Below, piece by piece: positions 1 to 13,673 of a stretch of DNA of 64,000 nt; the first letter of the stretch is position 1; every line of letters begins with the position of its first letter. This stretch comes from Camelus ferus (lineage: Eukaryota). The stretch covers positions 19,530,001-19,594,000 of the forward strand of contig NC_045719.1 in NCBI RefSeq assembly GCF_009834535.1, given 5' to 3'. Under the pieces are notes generated by a model that ran no database searches, was not told where the DNA came from, and worked only from the letters and a program-made list of their open reading frames with translations. Made by a program: the position numbers and the translations under genes.

Positions 1-1068
1 GAATTTCCTGCTAGGTGACAGTGCCCGTGGAGGAAACTGATGCCTGGGTGTGCTTAGAGATTTTGCAAAAAGCCTGCTGTGCCAGGGCTAGGGGGCTTGC
101 TGGGGAAGGGATCAAAAACTCCTACCATTCCTGCGACTATGAACGTTTACGCAGTGCTGGCCAGGCATGGGATCTGGTCTCATTAAATGCTCTCCTTTGA
201 ATCTGTATGCCTGGCTCTTCAATTATGCCGTTTTTCTTCATGTATGTACCTGCTTAGTTCTAACCTATGATAAAACTGTTAAAAGTAATTTCTCCTGCTC
301 TGCTACCTCAACAAGCCACTGTTCCCCCTCTTCCTGCTCTCACCACCAAAGCTCTTGCATGCCTCGCAGCATTGGAATTCACTGCTGAAGAGGCTAGCAT
401 TTTCTCCCTGTCCCTTCATTCTTAGAACAACCCACACACCAGGAACGTTTTCCGCATCATAACTATTGAGATGACAACATCTGGTTCCACCCTTTCACTC
501 AGCTTTCCTTCACAGAATAAAAGTAAGAACCCCAGACATCGTTTGGGTGGAATTAATGCATTACCTGACTGATGCTCACCTTAGCCCCTCACCTGGGGTG
601 GGCAGCAGAGAGTGTGGGGATGGGGTTAATATTTGCTCCACAGATACACTGTCCTTTCTATAAAGTTCCCAAGATCTAGATTTAAAACTGAGCAGGGACT
701 AGGCTATGTGTATTCAGCCTAATATTTCCGTATCTCCATGAAGTTGTCCTGAACTACGTTAAAATCTAGCACATTATGCTCTTTAAAGAGTTTTCTGAGT
801 AAATAAACTTTTATGCCCCAAAGACATCCGATGCTTTTCTTGTATTATACCTTTTCTTAAGGTATTTCTCCTTACAAAGTTCCACTTCTAAAACATTTAG
901 GAATTATATTCCTGTCTTCTAAACTATAGTGATGTAAACTCTTTCTCTTTTTAATCAGAATTTTCACTTTCATCCTGCATTTTAATTCACGTAACTTTTT
1001 TTAACCTTTCCTACAAGGCTAAAAGCTTCTTTGGGTTTGTTTTTTCATTCGTTTGTTTATTTGTTTTG

Positions 1069-1180
1069 CAAGATTCTTGAATACTGGGACTACAATTTGT
1101 CCACTTTTTATTTTCAAAAATGCCTGACTTAGTGCCCTGAACACAGTAAAAACACACAACTCACTACTTAATTGCTAACT
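1069..1180 (+). mobile_element. Degenerate LINE-2 3' end fragment
   Basis: Resembles the L2 3' terminus (caagattcttgaatactgggact...tagtgccctgaacacagtaaa); highly diverged. Confidence 0.45.
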
Positions 1181-2067
1181 GGGGAATGAAACTTTAATGT
1201 GTGAGAGTTCACGGGAGCCTGCAGTCATGGCAGGGAAAGATGCAGGTCAGTAAATGCTCTGACTATCGCTGCATTTTCTTAGACCAGGCAATCCAGGTTT
1301 TGGTGATCCATCTGATTTTCCTGGCCAGTTCTTCTGCTAATGTATAACCACGTTTTATCAATCTCCATACCTCCGGGCTGGACCATCAACTACGGATGAA
1401 ATGAAAACTGTGTAATATATCTACAGAACCTCAGCGACTTCACCATGTTGCCATATTAACATTTCCTACATTCAGGAATTAGATAGGGGTTCTGGTGAGA
1501 AAAAAATTCCTACGAGTGTAAGTTCCCCACCTTCTCCGCTCTTCCCCTTCCACTCGGCATTTCTCTCCACTCAACTGGTTCTTCCATTCTGCTCACTGAC
1601 CCTTGCTTTTCAGTGTCTCCCATTGAGGTAACTCTCTCGGGCTATGGTGCCTAGGTGTTCTGGTCCACTCTGAAACTCCCTGATTACCTTCACCTGTTGA
1701 AATCATTGTCTGGGCAGCATATTCATTTCAGGATAGCACATTGAGTTTATCCTGCAGAATCTTTTTCTCTTGCCACATGTATAGAAATAGCGGAGGAGGT
1801 TAATAAAAATTAAAAATAAATCCAAAACACTCAAATAGGTACAGCATTCTTAGAGGAGTGGAAACCACTTGGAATCTTCTTTGAAAGGAGAAAAGCAGAG
1901 GACAGGACTGAAGGGGAAGCCACAGCCATTGGCCTGCAGAGGAGGAGTCTCTGTAGGAAACATGGAGTGAGCTACTCCCTGAGTGGTGGGGCTTGGAGCA
2001 AGAGAGGGGCCAGGGCCGACAGCAGTATGATGAGTTGTGGTGCCAGGCTAGGAGCTGGCAGACACGT

Positions 2068-2080
2068 AGGTCACTGACCT
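2068..2080. promoter_or_regulatory. Perfect IR1 nuclear-receptor element (AGGTCA-C-TGACCT)
   Basis: Exact inverted repeat of AGGTCA with a 1-nt spacer, the FXR/RXR consensus; function untested. Confidence 0.35.
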
Positions 2081-5000
2081 CTCCCACTGCTGTTGCTCTA
2101 TGAGTAGTAATTTGGTTGACAGCCTGCAGGAGGCGGTATATTTAACTGATGAGAGAGCAGCTCTTCAGATGCTGGTTGATGTTTATGGGAAATAAAAGGA
2201 CACTCAAACCATTATTGTCGAGTTTATCCTGTTCTTTCCCTTTCTGACTCTCTCAGAACTCTCTCTGAATATACTGCAGAAGTATTGCACGACCTCTCCA
2301 TAATTTCCCCAAGAAGACAGCCTGATCCAAAAATGCAGTAAACAGAGGTACAGGGCATCTCAATGACAAAAGTGGTGAGAAAATCAAGGCTTAGTGCAAT
2401 TTGTGGAAGAAATGACAACATACTTCCACAAATGAAATAGGTTACAGCCAAAGGAAAAGTCAACAAACAATAGACACAACATCTGGGAGGCAGCAGAGAT
2501 AATATTTCATCTAAAAAAATGGGATTAAGAAAGTAGAACTAATTAGAGAGCTAGTATATAAAAATAAAGCTGATAAAAAACAAAGCAATAAAAATTAAAT
2601 ACCTAAGGAGTATTATGATATTAAAAATGGGCAGGACAGACAAGAAAATGAATGATATGGAATATGCCTAGTTTACATAAAGTTTCACGTAATGTTAGAG
2701 ATGCATGACGATTGCATGAATAAGAGTTGGCAAGAGTGATGAAGGCACCATCTTCATTAGGCTAGGTAATACGGGTTATTATTCACATTTAGGAAAAATA
2801 AAAAAAATCAAGAAATTACACACATGCATAAAGTGATTCTTCACTATCTTGTTATTTAAATATATACTTAGATAGATTATAGATCTAATAAGATTTTGAA
2901 ATAACAAGGTGGTGAAGTATTACTAGACCAAGAACCAAAAGAAGACAATTATTCAGGGATTTGGACCACCACGTTCTACTAGAGGAAATGCTTTCCAATT
3001 TCAGAAGAAGTAGCAGAGAGTTTGAAAAGTGCTTTTGACATGGAAAGCTACTTGATCAAAGCATGAACAGTTGGCACACAAAACTCACCATTCTTTGATA
3101 TGGAGATAGACGGAGATTTGTGCTCTTAACATTTTTGATTTGCTAAGGAGTTTACAGAGTTATATGTTAATTTAACTTCTACCTTGCACAAAGGATAAAT
3201 AACACTGTCAACCAAGAGGCTTAATTTGTTTTCAGCCCACTCACATCTCTGGGCTCAGAACTCACTTTCTTTCCCTATTACGCATCACTCATTAAGTAAC
3301 TTCTGTTAACGTCCAAATACACCTGTTACGTACCAGTCACCTCTCCCAGTCCTCCACTGAGTCCATTTCTATGAATCTACTGTTCTGTTTTTTGTTTTTT
3401 AATGGCAGAAGTGTTTAAGTAAATTAAAGTAATTTAGACATGGGATGGTTGTTACTACCTACCCTAAGTTGTAAAATTTCATATAGACCTGGATTGGCAG
3501 GATTTTACACAATTTATCGGTTGTTAGACATTATATAAAGAAAGCTCTTGACTCACTATTTATATATGTACAGTTGGTAATGCTAACATGCATTTTAATT
3601 TACTAGATCTTTAAATTTAGGTAAGATCTATGGTTAAGTTTGCATAATCCCCAAATACTGAGACAAATAGTGGAATTTTGGCCACTCTCTGGGTATCTAT
3701 TTTCAGCCCCAATGTCCGGACATTTGTCTTTATATGTTCTGAAACATGTTGTTAGTAGCAGAATTAAAACACTAAAAATTGTCAAAATTTAAAGCACAAT
3801 AAAGCTAATTCATATATCCTGATTTGTGATGACATGTTCACTAAATTGCCACTGAATCTTCTTGGAATGGATACTGTGAACAGATATAAGCCTAGAATTG
3901 AACCTTTTTAGGAGAGGATAGAAAAAGATTTAAAATGGAAGGATAATAGAATGGAAATATTTGGATGAATAACAGATAGATGACTGTTTGGTGTTGTATA
4001 GAAATAACTGAAGCCCAGGTCTTGCCACTTGTCTTTATCTTTTCCTCCCAGCGTACAAGTAAGTGTATTTTGATGTCTGACCTGTTGTCTAGCTTTCATT
4101 TTATGTAATTTATGTAACTCAATCAATAGATGCAAACAATGGGAATGAGAATAATGCAAACAAAAACTGTTCAGCATATTCACAAACATGTTTTAACTTA
4201 GAACATCAAAATAATCTTTATTTTTGTTTCCTCTGTGACTCAGAAAGCAAATGATTTATTTTTTAAAATCCAGATGAGGGTTATCTTGGAACGTGGTGGC
4301 TGCAGTTCCAGAGAATTATGGCGAGGTAATATTAATTTTTCCAATCAAGATCCTCATCTCTTGTTAGTAATAGCTCACCACATTAACATATTAGCAGTAT
4401 CCCATTGCATTGTATTAATATTCATATCATATCAGAATTTATTGTTGCTTATACAGTGTTAAAGTCATATCGCATTAGTGACTTTCATATCAGATTAGTG
4501 GAAGTGGATCCTAATAAGACTTTCAGATCCAATTACTAAGGTAACAGTTTTGCCTTTCCAAGTCACATCTAACTCGAGCCCAGAGTACAAATTGATGAAT
4601 GGGGTAATAAAGCAATCTTTCTGGCTGAAGATGGATGGCCCCTGGGACCAGGGAAGCTGTGAAAACAGGACTTGAATCAAGGGGCCACAACTCTGACAGG
4701 AGAAAAGTTCGACCCTCTGCCGATGGGGCAGCAATTCTGAATCAAAGACAGAAGGAACATCAGAAGCTCAAAATACAACCTTTCCCTTTGTAATTTACAT
4801 TCCACCCCTGTTACCCTGTTCCAGTCCAATAATCTGAGCTACAGAAAAGAGAGAAAAAAAAAAAAAGGAGCCTAAATGAAAACTGCTTATGAAAGTGGGA
4901 AGTGGTTTCTATTCCTTAGTATGTTGTCCCAGAAATGATTAGGATTTTGAGGACTTTTACCTGACATTTGGATGGGTTGGTGAGATACTTGGGGACATAT

Positions 5001-5819
5001 CCATGCTTGCAGGGAGTCCTTAAATGATGCTATGTAATTATTCCAATTATTAGATGAGACTTAATCTTGACACCTGATATTGCAGGTTATACAAAAAAAA
5101 GAAACCGAACATATACCATACATTGATTTGATTTTGCTGATTGTGTGAGCTCTGCTTTTCTCACCTTTTAATTCTAACACCCCTTCTCAGCCTCTGCTAC
5201 ATCACATGCATTCCATGTGCAGACTTTGGGCGAGTGTAGAAATGGGTAAATAAGTAGTGTTTTGTGGGTGCTGAGAACCAGGATTAGAGGAGAAATCAGT
5301 CATAAATGTAATTTGGTGGGAAATGTCAAAATTTCTCCATCAGCTAGGAAAGGTTTCAACATAGTTTATGTGTGTGTGTGTGTTGTTTAGTTGTTTTGTG
5401 TCTCTTTCTGCAGTCCTTTGACTTCCAGTGTATTAAACAAATTCTCTAAAATTTCTTCTGCATTACCTCTCCTTTTAAACCACAGTAATCTTCTTTCCTT
5501 GAGTCTTAATCCCTTCTTTTCTCAGTTTCTTCTCTCAGTATATTAACATATTCAAATTCTTTCCAGTTTAAGGAGGGGGAAAGAAAAAGAACGCCTCTCC
5601 CCTGGCTCAGTACTCCCCTCTCATTATCATCCGCCTACTTCTTTGCACAGCCATGCATTTTTAAATACCTAGACATCTATGCTCACAGCGTCATTGCCCG
5701 TTACCTGCTATAGCCTGGCTTATGTTCACATGCCGCCGTTGAGTGTTTCCTCTTGTGATCAACAGCAGCTCTCCAGGGTGCTGAAGCAAATATGTTCAGT
5801 CTAGAAGTTCTGATGCCTC

Positions 5820-6270
5820 TCAATCTATCTGACACTGTTTCATCCTCAACCTCCTTGTTTGATCTTTGGTCTTTTAGGTCTTGAGACACCATATTACTCT
5901 GGCTTCCTGCCTCTTTACTCCCCCCACTTCCGACTTTGGCTATGGGGCCACATCCTCAAGCTCCCTTCTTTGCACAGCCCACCTGATTGCTTGGGTACCA
6001 TTTCTTTAGTTTGATGGTTTCAAACCTTAGTGAGCATGAAAATCACCTGGAGGGCTTGTTAAACACCAGATTCCTGGACCCCACCTTCGCAATTTGAACT
6101 AGAAATCCAGGGGACACTTTTTGACCTCCCTCCCTAGCATTGTGCCTTCCCTCCCCCTCCACCGCATTTAATCCTTCAAGAAGTCCTAATGCTTTTAACT
6201 TATGGCTTATCTCCCCTCTCCCAGTTGCCCAGACCACTGCTTGTCTGGATGAAGCAAAAGCTCCCTTAAT
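5820..6270 (+). mobile_element. LINE-2 fragment interrupted by MER5A
   Basis: Pyrimidine-rich L2-like text (catattactctggcttcctgcctc...; cagaccactgcttgtctggat) on both sides of the MER5A piece. Confidence 0.55.
6013..6085 (+). mobile_element. MER5A-like hAT-Charlie DNA transposon fragment
   Basis: tggtttcaaaccttagtgagcatgaaaatcacctggagggcttgttaaacaccagattcctggaccccacc closely follows the MER5A left arm. Confidence 0.8.
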
Positions 6271-6552
6271 GTTCTTTTACGTCTAGGAAGATAGTGATTA
6301 ACATTCTTGCTAGAATTTGTTTTCAATTTACAAAAATTTTGTCAATCCATTTCTAAAAATATATTCTCAATCTATTTAAAAGAAAATGCTAGAGAATAAG
6401 TTAATCAGTATCTCACAAAAAAGAAGGTAAATGATTTTCCAAGACCACAGAAGAATTTACCTAAGTCATCTACTTTTATGAATTATCCTGGATTTCATAG
6501 GGAAAGAATGGGCATAATAAAGTGATTATTGTTAAACACACACTGCACTAAA

Positions 6553-6673
6553 TTGAATATCTTGTAATAGCCTAAAATGAAAAAATAACATTGGAAGAAA
6601 TACATATATAATATAACGTAAAACTGAATCACTATGCTGTACACCAGAAATTAACACATTGTAAACTGACTAC
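6553..6673 (+). mobile_element. L1 3'UTR terminal fragment (camelid/cetartiodactyl type)
   Basis: aactgaatcactatgctgtacaccagaaattaacacattgtaaactgacta is the characteristic L1 3' end. Confidence 0.85.
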
Positions 6674-8157
6674 ATATGTGTTCATTTTGTAAGGCGTTAG
6701 TAGCTACACTTTTACCATTTCATAGCTTCACCTGTAGCTGTGTAATAAATAATGTGAGGCTAATAGCTGTTTCTTCTTCCTGTCCATGGTGCTGTCACAC
6801 GCTGCCTGGGCCAGGAGGAACCCCAAGCTGGTGCTCAGAGAGGCCATGCTGGTTAGATGGATCTTCCTTTTGGTGTAACTCAGTATACAGTCACATTTTC
6901 CTTAGAAGATTGTCAGTTAAACAGCATTGTCAAATCCTCCAAGCCACTAAAGGGCCCAGAGTCATGGTTTATTGTAATCTTAAAGTAATAAGTAAATCTA
7001 TTTTCCAACTTGTCTATGAAATACATTAATCATTTGACTGAGCAGCTTCCTTCTAATTCGGGTGCCTCCTCTTCTTCGCTGATATCGTGTGGAATTCTGG
7101 AGTGTGTCTTCCACCTGCTGGGTCCTTTTCTTTGGTAGAAAAAGCAAAAAAGTATTTGAGTACGGGATGCAAGGTTAATCATTTCACCTGTACGACAGCA
7201 GAAACCCCTCTGAGATTTGCGTTACCCCCTGCCTTCATAAGATTCCCCCCCTCCCTCTCCTCACACAGACCTGGCTCTGATGCTGTCTGTGAGGCAACAG
7301 ATCTGGTGATCTGGTCACATGGAATCAAAATCCCCTCTAGTCAGAACACAATGGAGATTTGGAGATGTTAGGGTCCAACAAAGATGCCAGAATCTTGTTT
7401 GATAACTTTATCTTCTTCCTTGTTAATTTCTTTGCAGAACATTTTCTGAAAATTGAAATCCTTTATCTTAAAGCCCGAGATCTTAGCTTTGACATAGTTG
7501 CCCTTTAAATATGAGTAAGAGCTGGTGTTGAATGCTACCTGCCTTATATTTGCCTCACCTACTTGACTGCATAATACTTTGTGGTGCTGTTCTTGAAAGA
7601 CTGCTTTCTTCTCTTATCCTCAGTGAATAATTTTCTTTGCAGCCTGCGGGAGTTTAGAGACAGATTTTCCATTTTTTTTTCATCTTCCTGGTTAGGTCTA
7701 AGTTATAAAGGTTATCATAATTACAATTTGAATTCATTTCATGTCTTTTGGTTAGAATAGCATTATTTGAATTATCAACTGTTGTTTCAAAAAATAGGAC
7801 TTTACATTTTTGTTTCAGTCCCCTGTAGTATTTAATCAAGGACTCCTCCTGTCAATCAGTCAGTTTATTTGCATTTATATTACACCATTCAGGCAGCGAT
7901 GTGTGATTGTGTAACACACAAACATTCTCCCCTCCTGCCACTCCCTACCCTCCCATGAATGGGCCTAAAATGGTAAAAGTGCCAGCACGGAGTTGGAAAT
8001 GCACAAACAGCCATGTGTCTCAGTGTAAAAATTAGCAACATCAAACAATGAAAGACTTTTGTCAAAGGTGAGATCAGATTAGCAGCAATCGAAGAAGTAA
8101 TTCAAAGAAGTCTTGCCCACAGAATTTACCAGACAAGCCACCATGAACAGTAAGCAT

Positions 8158-8509
8158 CTTCTTGGACTGAACTGTGTCCCCCCGAAATTCTTATGCTAAA
8201 GCCTTAAATCCCTCTGTGACTGTTGGAGATAGAGTCTTTAAAGAAGTGATTAAAGTTGAATGAAGTCATAAGGGTAGAGTCTTCATCTGATAGAAATGAT
8301 GCTCTTATAAAAAAGTAAGAGACATCAGAATGCAGCCATAAGGCAGCCATCTGCAAATCAGGAAGAGAGCTCTCATTGGAAACTGACCATGCTGATCTCA
8401 CCCTAATCTTAGACTTCCAGCCTCCAGAATTGTGAGAAAATTGATTTATGTTGTTTAATTCACCTAGCCAATGGTATGTAGTTATGAAAACCTGAGATGA
8501 CTAATATAC
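8158..8509 (+). mobile_element. MaLR solo LTR (MLT1A/B-like)
   Basis: Starts with tggactgaactgtgtccccc, contains cttagacttccagcctccagaattgtgagaaaa and ends gactaatatac; about 350 bp. Confidence 0.85.
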
Positions 8510-9304
8510 CATCAAAATACAAAAAATAAATGTATTACTTTCCAAATACCAGGAAGACATAACCAACAAAGAACTGAATGTGGCCAGAGTAGTCTGGAGT
8601 CTCAAAGACAACTGGAATGCTTCGAGTTAAAAGGCAGATAGCATTTGGATAAGTAAACAGAAAGCCCTTGCAAAAACAGAAAGCCCTTGTGGAAAAGTAT
8701 AAGAATTTGTTGATAGCAATTGTGGAACTGGTTTACTCAGACACAAATGTTTATCAGGAAGATATAAATTGTGATAGAGGACATTGAATGACCAAAGGCC
8801 ATGTCTCCCACTTGACATCATGATGATAAAAAATAAACAGTGGAGGAAGAAAAGAAAAGGGAAGAGTGAATGCTTGGGCTACACTGAGAAGTAGGCAGGT
8901 TCTACCTGGCCATCTAGATTAACCGCCATTACCTACCAGGAGTCATGGCAGCAAAGGCTGAGAATGCACCCAAGCTTTGCAGGAAAACTTCCAGGAAATG
9001 CCTCCTACGGAGATGCTAGAGAAAGGATTGGCACACACGCCAACGTGGGAATAAATCTGTGTTGTTTCCAGACCTTGTAGTAGGAATTAGAGACATCTGG
9101 CTTGATATTTGTTCTCTTCTTCTGTCCTGTGTTTTGTGTCCTGAGACTTGTCTGCAGTGGAGGGAAGCATAGATATGAAGAATGGAATGCATGTGCCTTT
9201 GTTCTCACACAGGAAAACTGTTTTGAGCTCACTAGAATGTACATGTGAAAAATGTTGTCATAAGAACATAAGGTTTGAAGCCAGAACAACCAATGAGCAA
9301 GTGC

Positions 9305-9420
9305 TGGATTAGCAATATAGCAACTCTCAGATCTTGGGTGAGTCTTTTAAGCTCTCTAAGCTCAGGTCTCCTCATCTGAAAAGACACCTTGTCAGATTAT
9401 CTTGATAATTACATAAGCTT
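9305..9420 (+). mobile_element. MIR SINE fragment
   Basis: gatcttgggtgagtcttttaagctctctaagctcaggtctcctcatctgaaaa matches the MIR core. Confidence 0.55.
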
Positions 9421-9943
9421 AGCTAAAATGAACAAAGGATAATAATAATTACATGACAGATATTTCACGGATGTGAGAGGTTTTTAAAATTCCCCTCCTG
9501 CTCACCTCCACTTTGATTTCTGTGATGGTGACAGACCTCCACCTTATGGAATGAGCTGGATTTATTCTGGAGTATCTTCCCAACAAAAATATGCTTCATC
9601 CAAAGCATCTTTCCAAATGGTTAAGTACGTTTTGTTATAAACATGAAATGATCTTCAGGAATTATAATGAAAATACAAATTGTTAATCATGAAAATCGTA
9701 TTATGTATGTCTTGTTTTGAAAAGTATATATTCCTCCCCAAACGTCAGGTATTATGATTTAATTATTTTAACAACGTGGTTTCTTCTGAGAGTATGAATG
9801 TGTTAAAATAAATAGTAGCATGCATAAATGCAACGTTGCCATTAATATCCATTTTTAGAAGTGTCAATGATCCCTTATAGTTCCACTGTCTTTTTATGAA
9901 AAGCATCTCCATAAGACACAAAGTTCCCAGGCTGAGCCTTCCA

Positions 9944-10107
9944 NNNNNNNNNNNNNNNNNNNNNNNNNNNNNNNNNNNNNNNNNNNNNNNNNNNNNNNNN
10001 NNNNNNNNNNNNNNNNNNNNNNNNNNNNNNNNNNNNNNNNNNNNNNNNNNNNNNNNNNNNNNNNNNNNNNNNNNNNNNNNNNNNNNNNNNNNNNNNNNNN
10101 NNNNNNN
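9944..10107. other. Undetermined sequence (164 N)
   Basis: Run of N. Confidence 0.99.
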
Positions 10108-12099
10108 TTAGCGTGCCATATCATTGAACTGCGCTTTCTATAGTGTCTTTTTACTGACTGTGCCTAAAAACATTTTATTATGTTTAATCATATACACTTA
10201 TTCTCATTAGAAAGTTATCATTTCCCTGGTAGCTCTACCTGTCCAATGCGAGCGATGCTTTGGGTTTCCTAACCCTGCTTTAAGCGAAGTGCTGGTTTTA
10301 AAAATGAAAACTCTCATTACTCATTAGGTGCTCAGTGATTTAAATAAATGAAATGCACCATCCTTCCTTGAAAGAGATAGCGCTCCTGGCTAGGGTCTAA
10401 CACATGAGGAAGCAGAGGGGACAAGCTACAGGATTTTAGGAGCTCTGACAGCCTCTCCTGGATTTCTCCCACACCAGTCTCTCCAACTTCACCTGCAACT
10501 ATTTCCTACTCAGAAGTTGATTCTGGGCAGTCCTTAAAAAGATCTACTGACTTTCATTCCATTCATTCACTCATTTATTCACTCATGCTGTTATTCTTAT
10601 AAAAGCCTTGGAAAAGCAATCATACTTTTTTGGTTTCTGCTTGGTTCTTCAAATTCAAAGATGAGTTATCCAATGCTATTAACATTAAGAAGAATGATGT
10701 ACAGCAGAGATACAGTATAGAGACAACTGCAAAACATGGTTTTAGGGGTGCTAATAGTTATACCAGCAAACTGTTCCTGGAGAACAAGGAAATCCCAGAG
10801 GCTTCGCGGAGGAAGTCGCAGGTACACAGGTTAACACAGGTGGTCGACTCGACAGAGTAGAAGAAAATCACATGAACACCACTTAGAAAGGAGGCGTAAG
10901 AGATCCTGGCAGGTTCAGGAGCGAATAGGTTTAAATAGACTTAGCAGCTTTGTGAAGGAAGAAAGTAAAGTTTATGGTGGGTCAGTGCTGGGTGGGATCG
11001 AAGATGGGTTGAGGCTCAGGGATGAAGAATGAGTCAGAGTTGGCGAAAGGTTTGTATTGTGACTATTGTAGGTAATGATGACAACAAATGCTGATGTATT
11101 TTGGAGCAATGGTATTGTTATAAACAACAAAGCTCTTTACATCCAAATAGCATCATTAAAATGACTATCTTGATGTGAAAATGTAGTATCTACTGCAGGC
11201 ATCCCCGACTCCATGGCCTCTCCCCTTTATCCAGCCGTAGAAGTAGTGAGTTAATTGTTCCCATCAAAACTGCGAATGTGATATTCATCAACTCAAAATT
11301 ACTTAGAAGACTGAATACTTATTAAATTCCTGTCCTGAAAAAAATAACAAAAAAACAGCTGAGACTAAAACTGAAAAAAAAAATCAATCTTTCTGTCAAA
11401 TTCCTTCCAAAATTTATTAGGCTTATATCTAAAATCTACATAGCATAGAATAATTTATTGATTTAATTACTGGGCGGTGAAGTTTGTATGAAATTTACTA
11501 TCAAAGATTCACCAAGAAGTTATTTCTTTTCAAAATACAGATTTTATGAGTATATGTCTGAGATTTTTCTAGGACCAATGTGGCTTTACTTTGAAGATTT
11601 TTCCGCTGAAAAATTCTGATCACTGACTACTGCTTTGAATGTTAGGATCTATTATCATAGCATTTTTCATTTAATGTTGTGGAGCCAGCATGGTAATATC
11701 TTACGAGGAAATCATAGTCCTTCCTCTAGGTTCTCAGTAAGTGGACAAACCATCTTTTTCATTTGTGAAACCTACATCCAGTGAAATACCCCTCTTTGCC
11801 TTTTTTCTTTCTGCTTTTCTCCTAGTCGCTCAGAGATCAATTTATCACTCTATCCCAGAAGTTTTACAAATTCTCATTGTACACATATCCCGGAATACCA
11901 ATTGTACACATTGTGTCTTTTAATTCTTTTCCATTCGTCATTTTTTCACCTTGATTTATTTGGATGTTTATTTTTATTTTATTTTCCCCCCACCTAATAC
12001 TTATTTCATCATACATGCTACAAGCTGCCTAAAATCTATTTTGTAATTTCATGGGATAAAAACAAATAAACACAAAGAATGCTGTTCTTCACATAACAC

Positions 12100-12180
12100 T
12101 AGGGAGTGGAAACTATGGCACCGTGCCTTTCCATTTCACAGATGAGGCTTTGAGGCTGAGTGAGATAATGTGACTGGGGA
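12100..12180 (-). mobile_element. MIR SINE fragment
   Basis: tccatttcacagatgaggctttgaggctgagtgagataatgtgact is the antisense MIR core. Confidence 0.55.
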
Positions 12181-13192
12181 TGCTGCCTAACCAGAATTGG
12201 GGTTGAGTGCTAGAGGGAAATAAATGGGCATGTGCTTATCGGCTGTTAATTTGGCCACAAAGCCCTGTGTTCTATGTGTGAACAGTGCTGCACAATTTAA
12301 TACATAACAGCAATAATGATGATAGACAGAAGAAAATTACAACCAATCATAGAAAAAAAAAATGCTACCTGGATTCCCGCAAAATCAGGACCGAGAAATC
12401 TGGCTTGCCATCCACCGGAGAACGCAGGGGGTTTAGCAATTAAAGGCTGCTTCTCTAGAGATTGGAGGCTGTGTCTCCCTCCACATTGCTAATGAAGTAT
12501 AATTCATTTTACCTCGCCCCCACCTTTAGAAATCAAAGTTCAAGCGTCTGTATCAGACGCATTTGAAAGGCGAGGTCTTCTCTCTCCTTGCAGTCCCGTG
12601 TCTCCTCTTCAGGGAGCATTCTCCTGTTCTATTAATTATTGTGCTTGGATGACATTATTATTCATGGGCTAGCATCTCAAAATACTTGACTTAGCACTGG
12701 GTCTGGAACTGATACTAATAAGTACAAGGCTGAGTAGTGCGTGATTTTTTTCTCACTCTCTTTTCTACACACAAAGGAAAGGGATACATTTATTCCTAAT
12801 TCAGCTGCCTTGCAATTGTGGAGAGACTAACCTGTTGACTCATTAGGGGCGTGTCACAAAGAAATGCAACTCCAAGGCATTTCCAAGAAATGGAAAAAAC
12901 CCAATCCCAGATTTCCAGAGATCATCCAAAAAGGAGGTACAAAAATAAAGACTTGTTTAATTTGTTGTGATTTTAATACAACTTGCAATATTTATTCTGG
13001 GGGGAGCAGAGAGTCTTCGTTCACTGGTACGGAGTCAGTAATTGCAAATACGGTGCTGTGTTGGTAAAAGGGATATGGTATTTGAGGTAAGATTATAATG
13101 TAATGAGATTTATTTTTTTAAGCAAACATAGTAGAATATGTCTATTCAAGGAAGACTAATGTTCTTCAAATTACACAACATGAAAAAGCTAT

Positions 13193-13630
13193 TGTATCAG
13201 TTGGGAGTATATTCCCAATTATCTCCTGTTAATAACCAAAGAGAACCCAACTAACCCAACGGCCAGTAATATCAAGAAATAGGTTTACTTTTTCTTCACA
13301 ACAGAAAATCTCTAGCATTGGGTCATCTGTTCTATGGCAATAAAAACAAAGTCACTTTCTATGTGTCCAGCTCACAAAGGTATTTCACTGTTGTCTGTTG
13401 CTCTAAGATTACATGATGGTTGACTCACCTGAAGGTCTGACTTCATATTAAAGGCAGAGAAATGGGAAAAGAGCTGGGGCCAGCAAGCTTCCTCCTCCTT
13501 CTCTTCTTCTACTGGGAAATTAAAAGACCCTCAGACATTCAACCTTTTACTTTCTTATCAGACACTGGGTTTCATATCTCTCCTAGTTGTGGTTGGAAGA
13601 CCAGATACCTGACTGCATATCCTCTACTGT
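13193..13630 (-). mobile_element. Old MaLR LTR (MLT1J/K/L-like)
   Basis: Begins tgtatcagttggg...aacccaactaa, resembling the antisense of an MLT1 3' end; strongly diverged. Confidence 0.5.
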
Positions 13631-13673
13631 AGGAAGTGAACAAGGAAGAAGGGACTGAGATTGGAAATGGGGC

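Noticed and set aside
8655-8689. 16-bp direct micro-duplication (a similar 13-bp one at 61506-61534)
   Set aside because: Two-copy replication-slippage duplications; no spacers or array, so not CRISPR-like
9894-10124. ORFs spanning N runs (also 31685-32257, 40992-41281, 58416-58740, 62434-62865)
   Set aside because: Length is an artefact of undetermined bases translating to X
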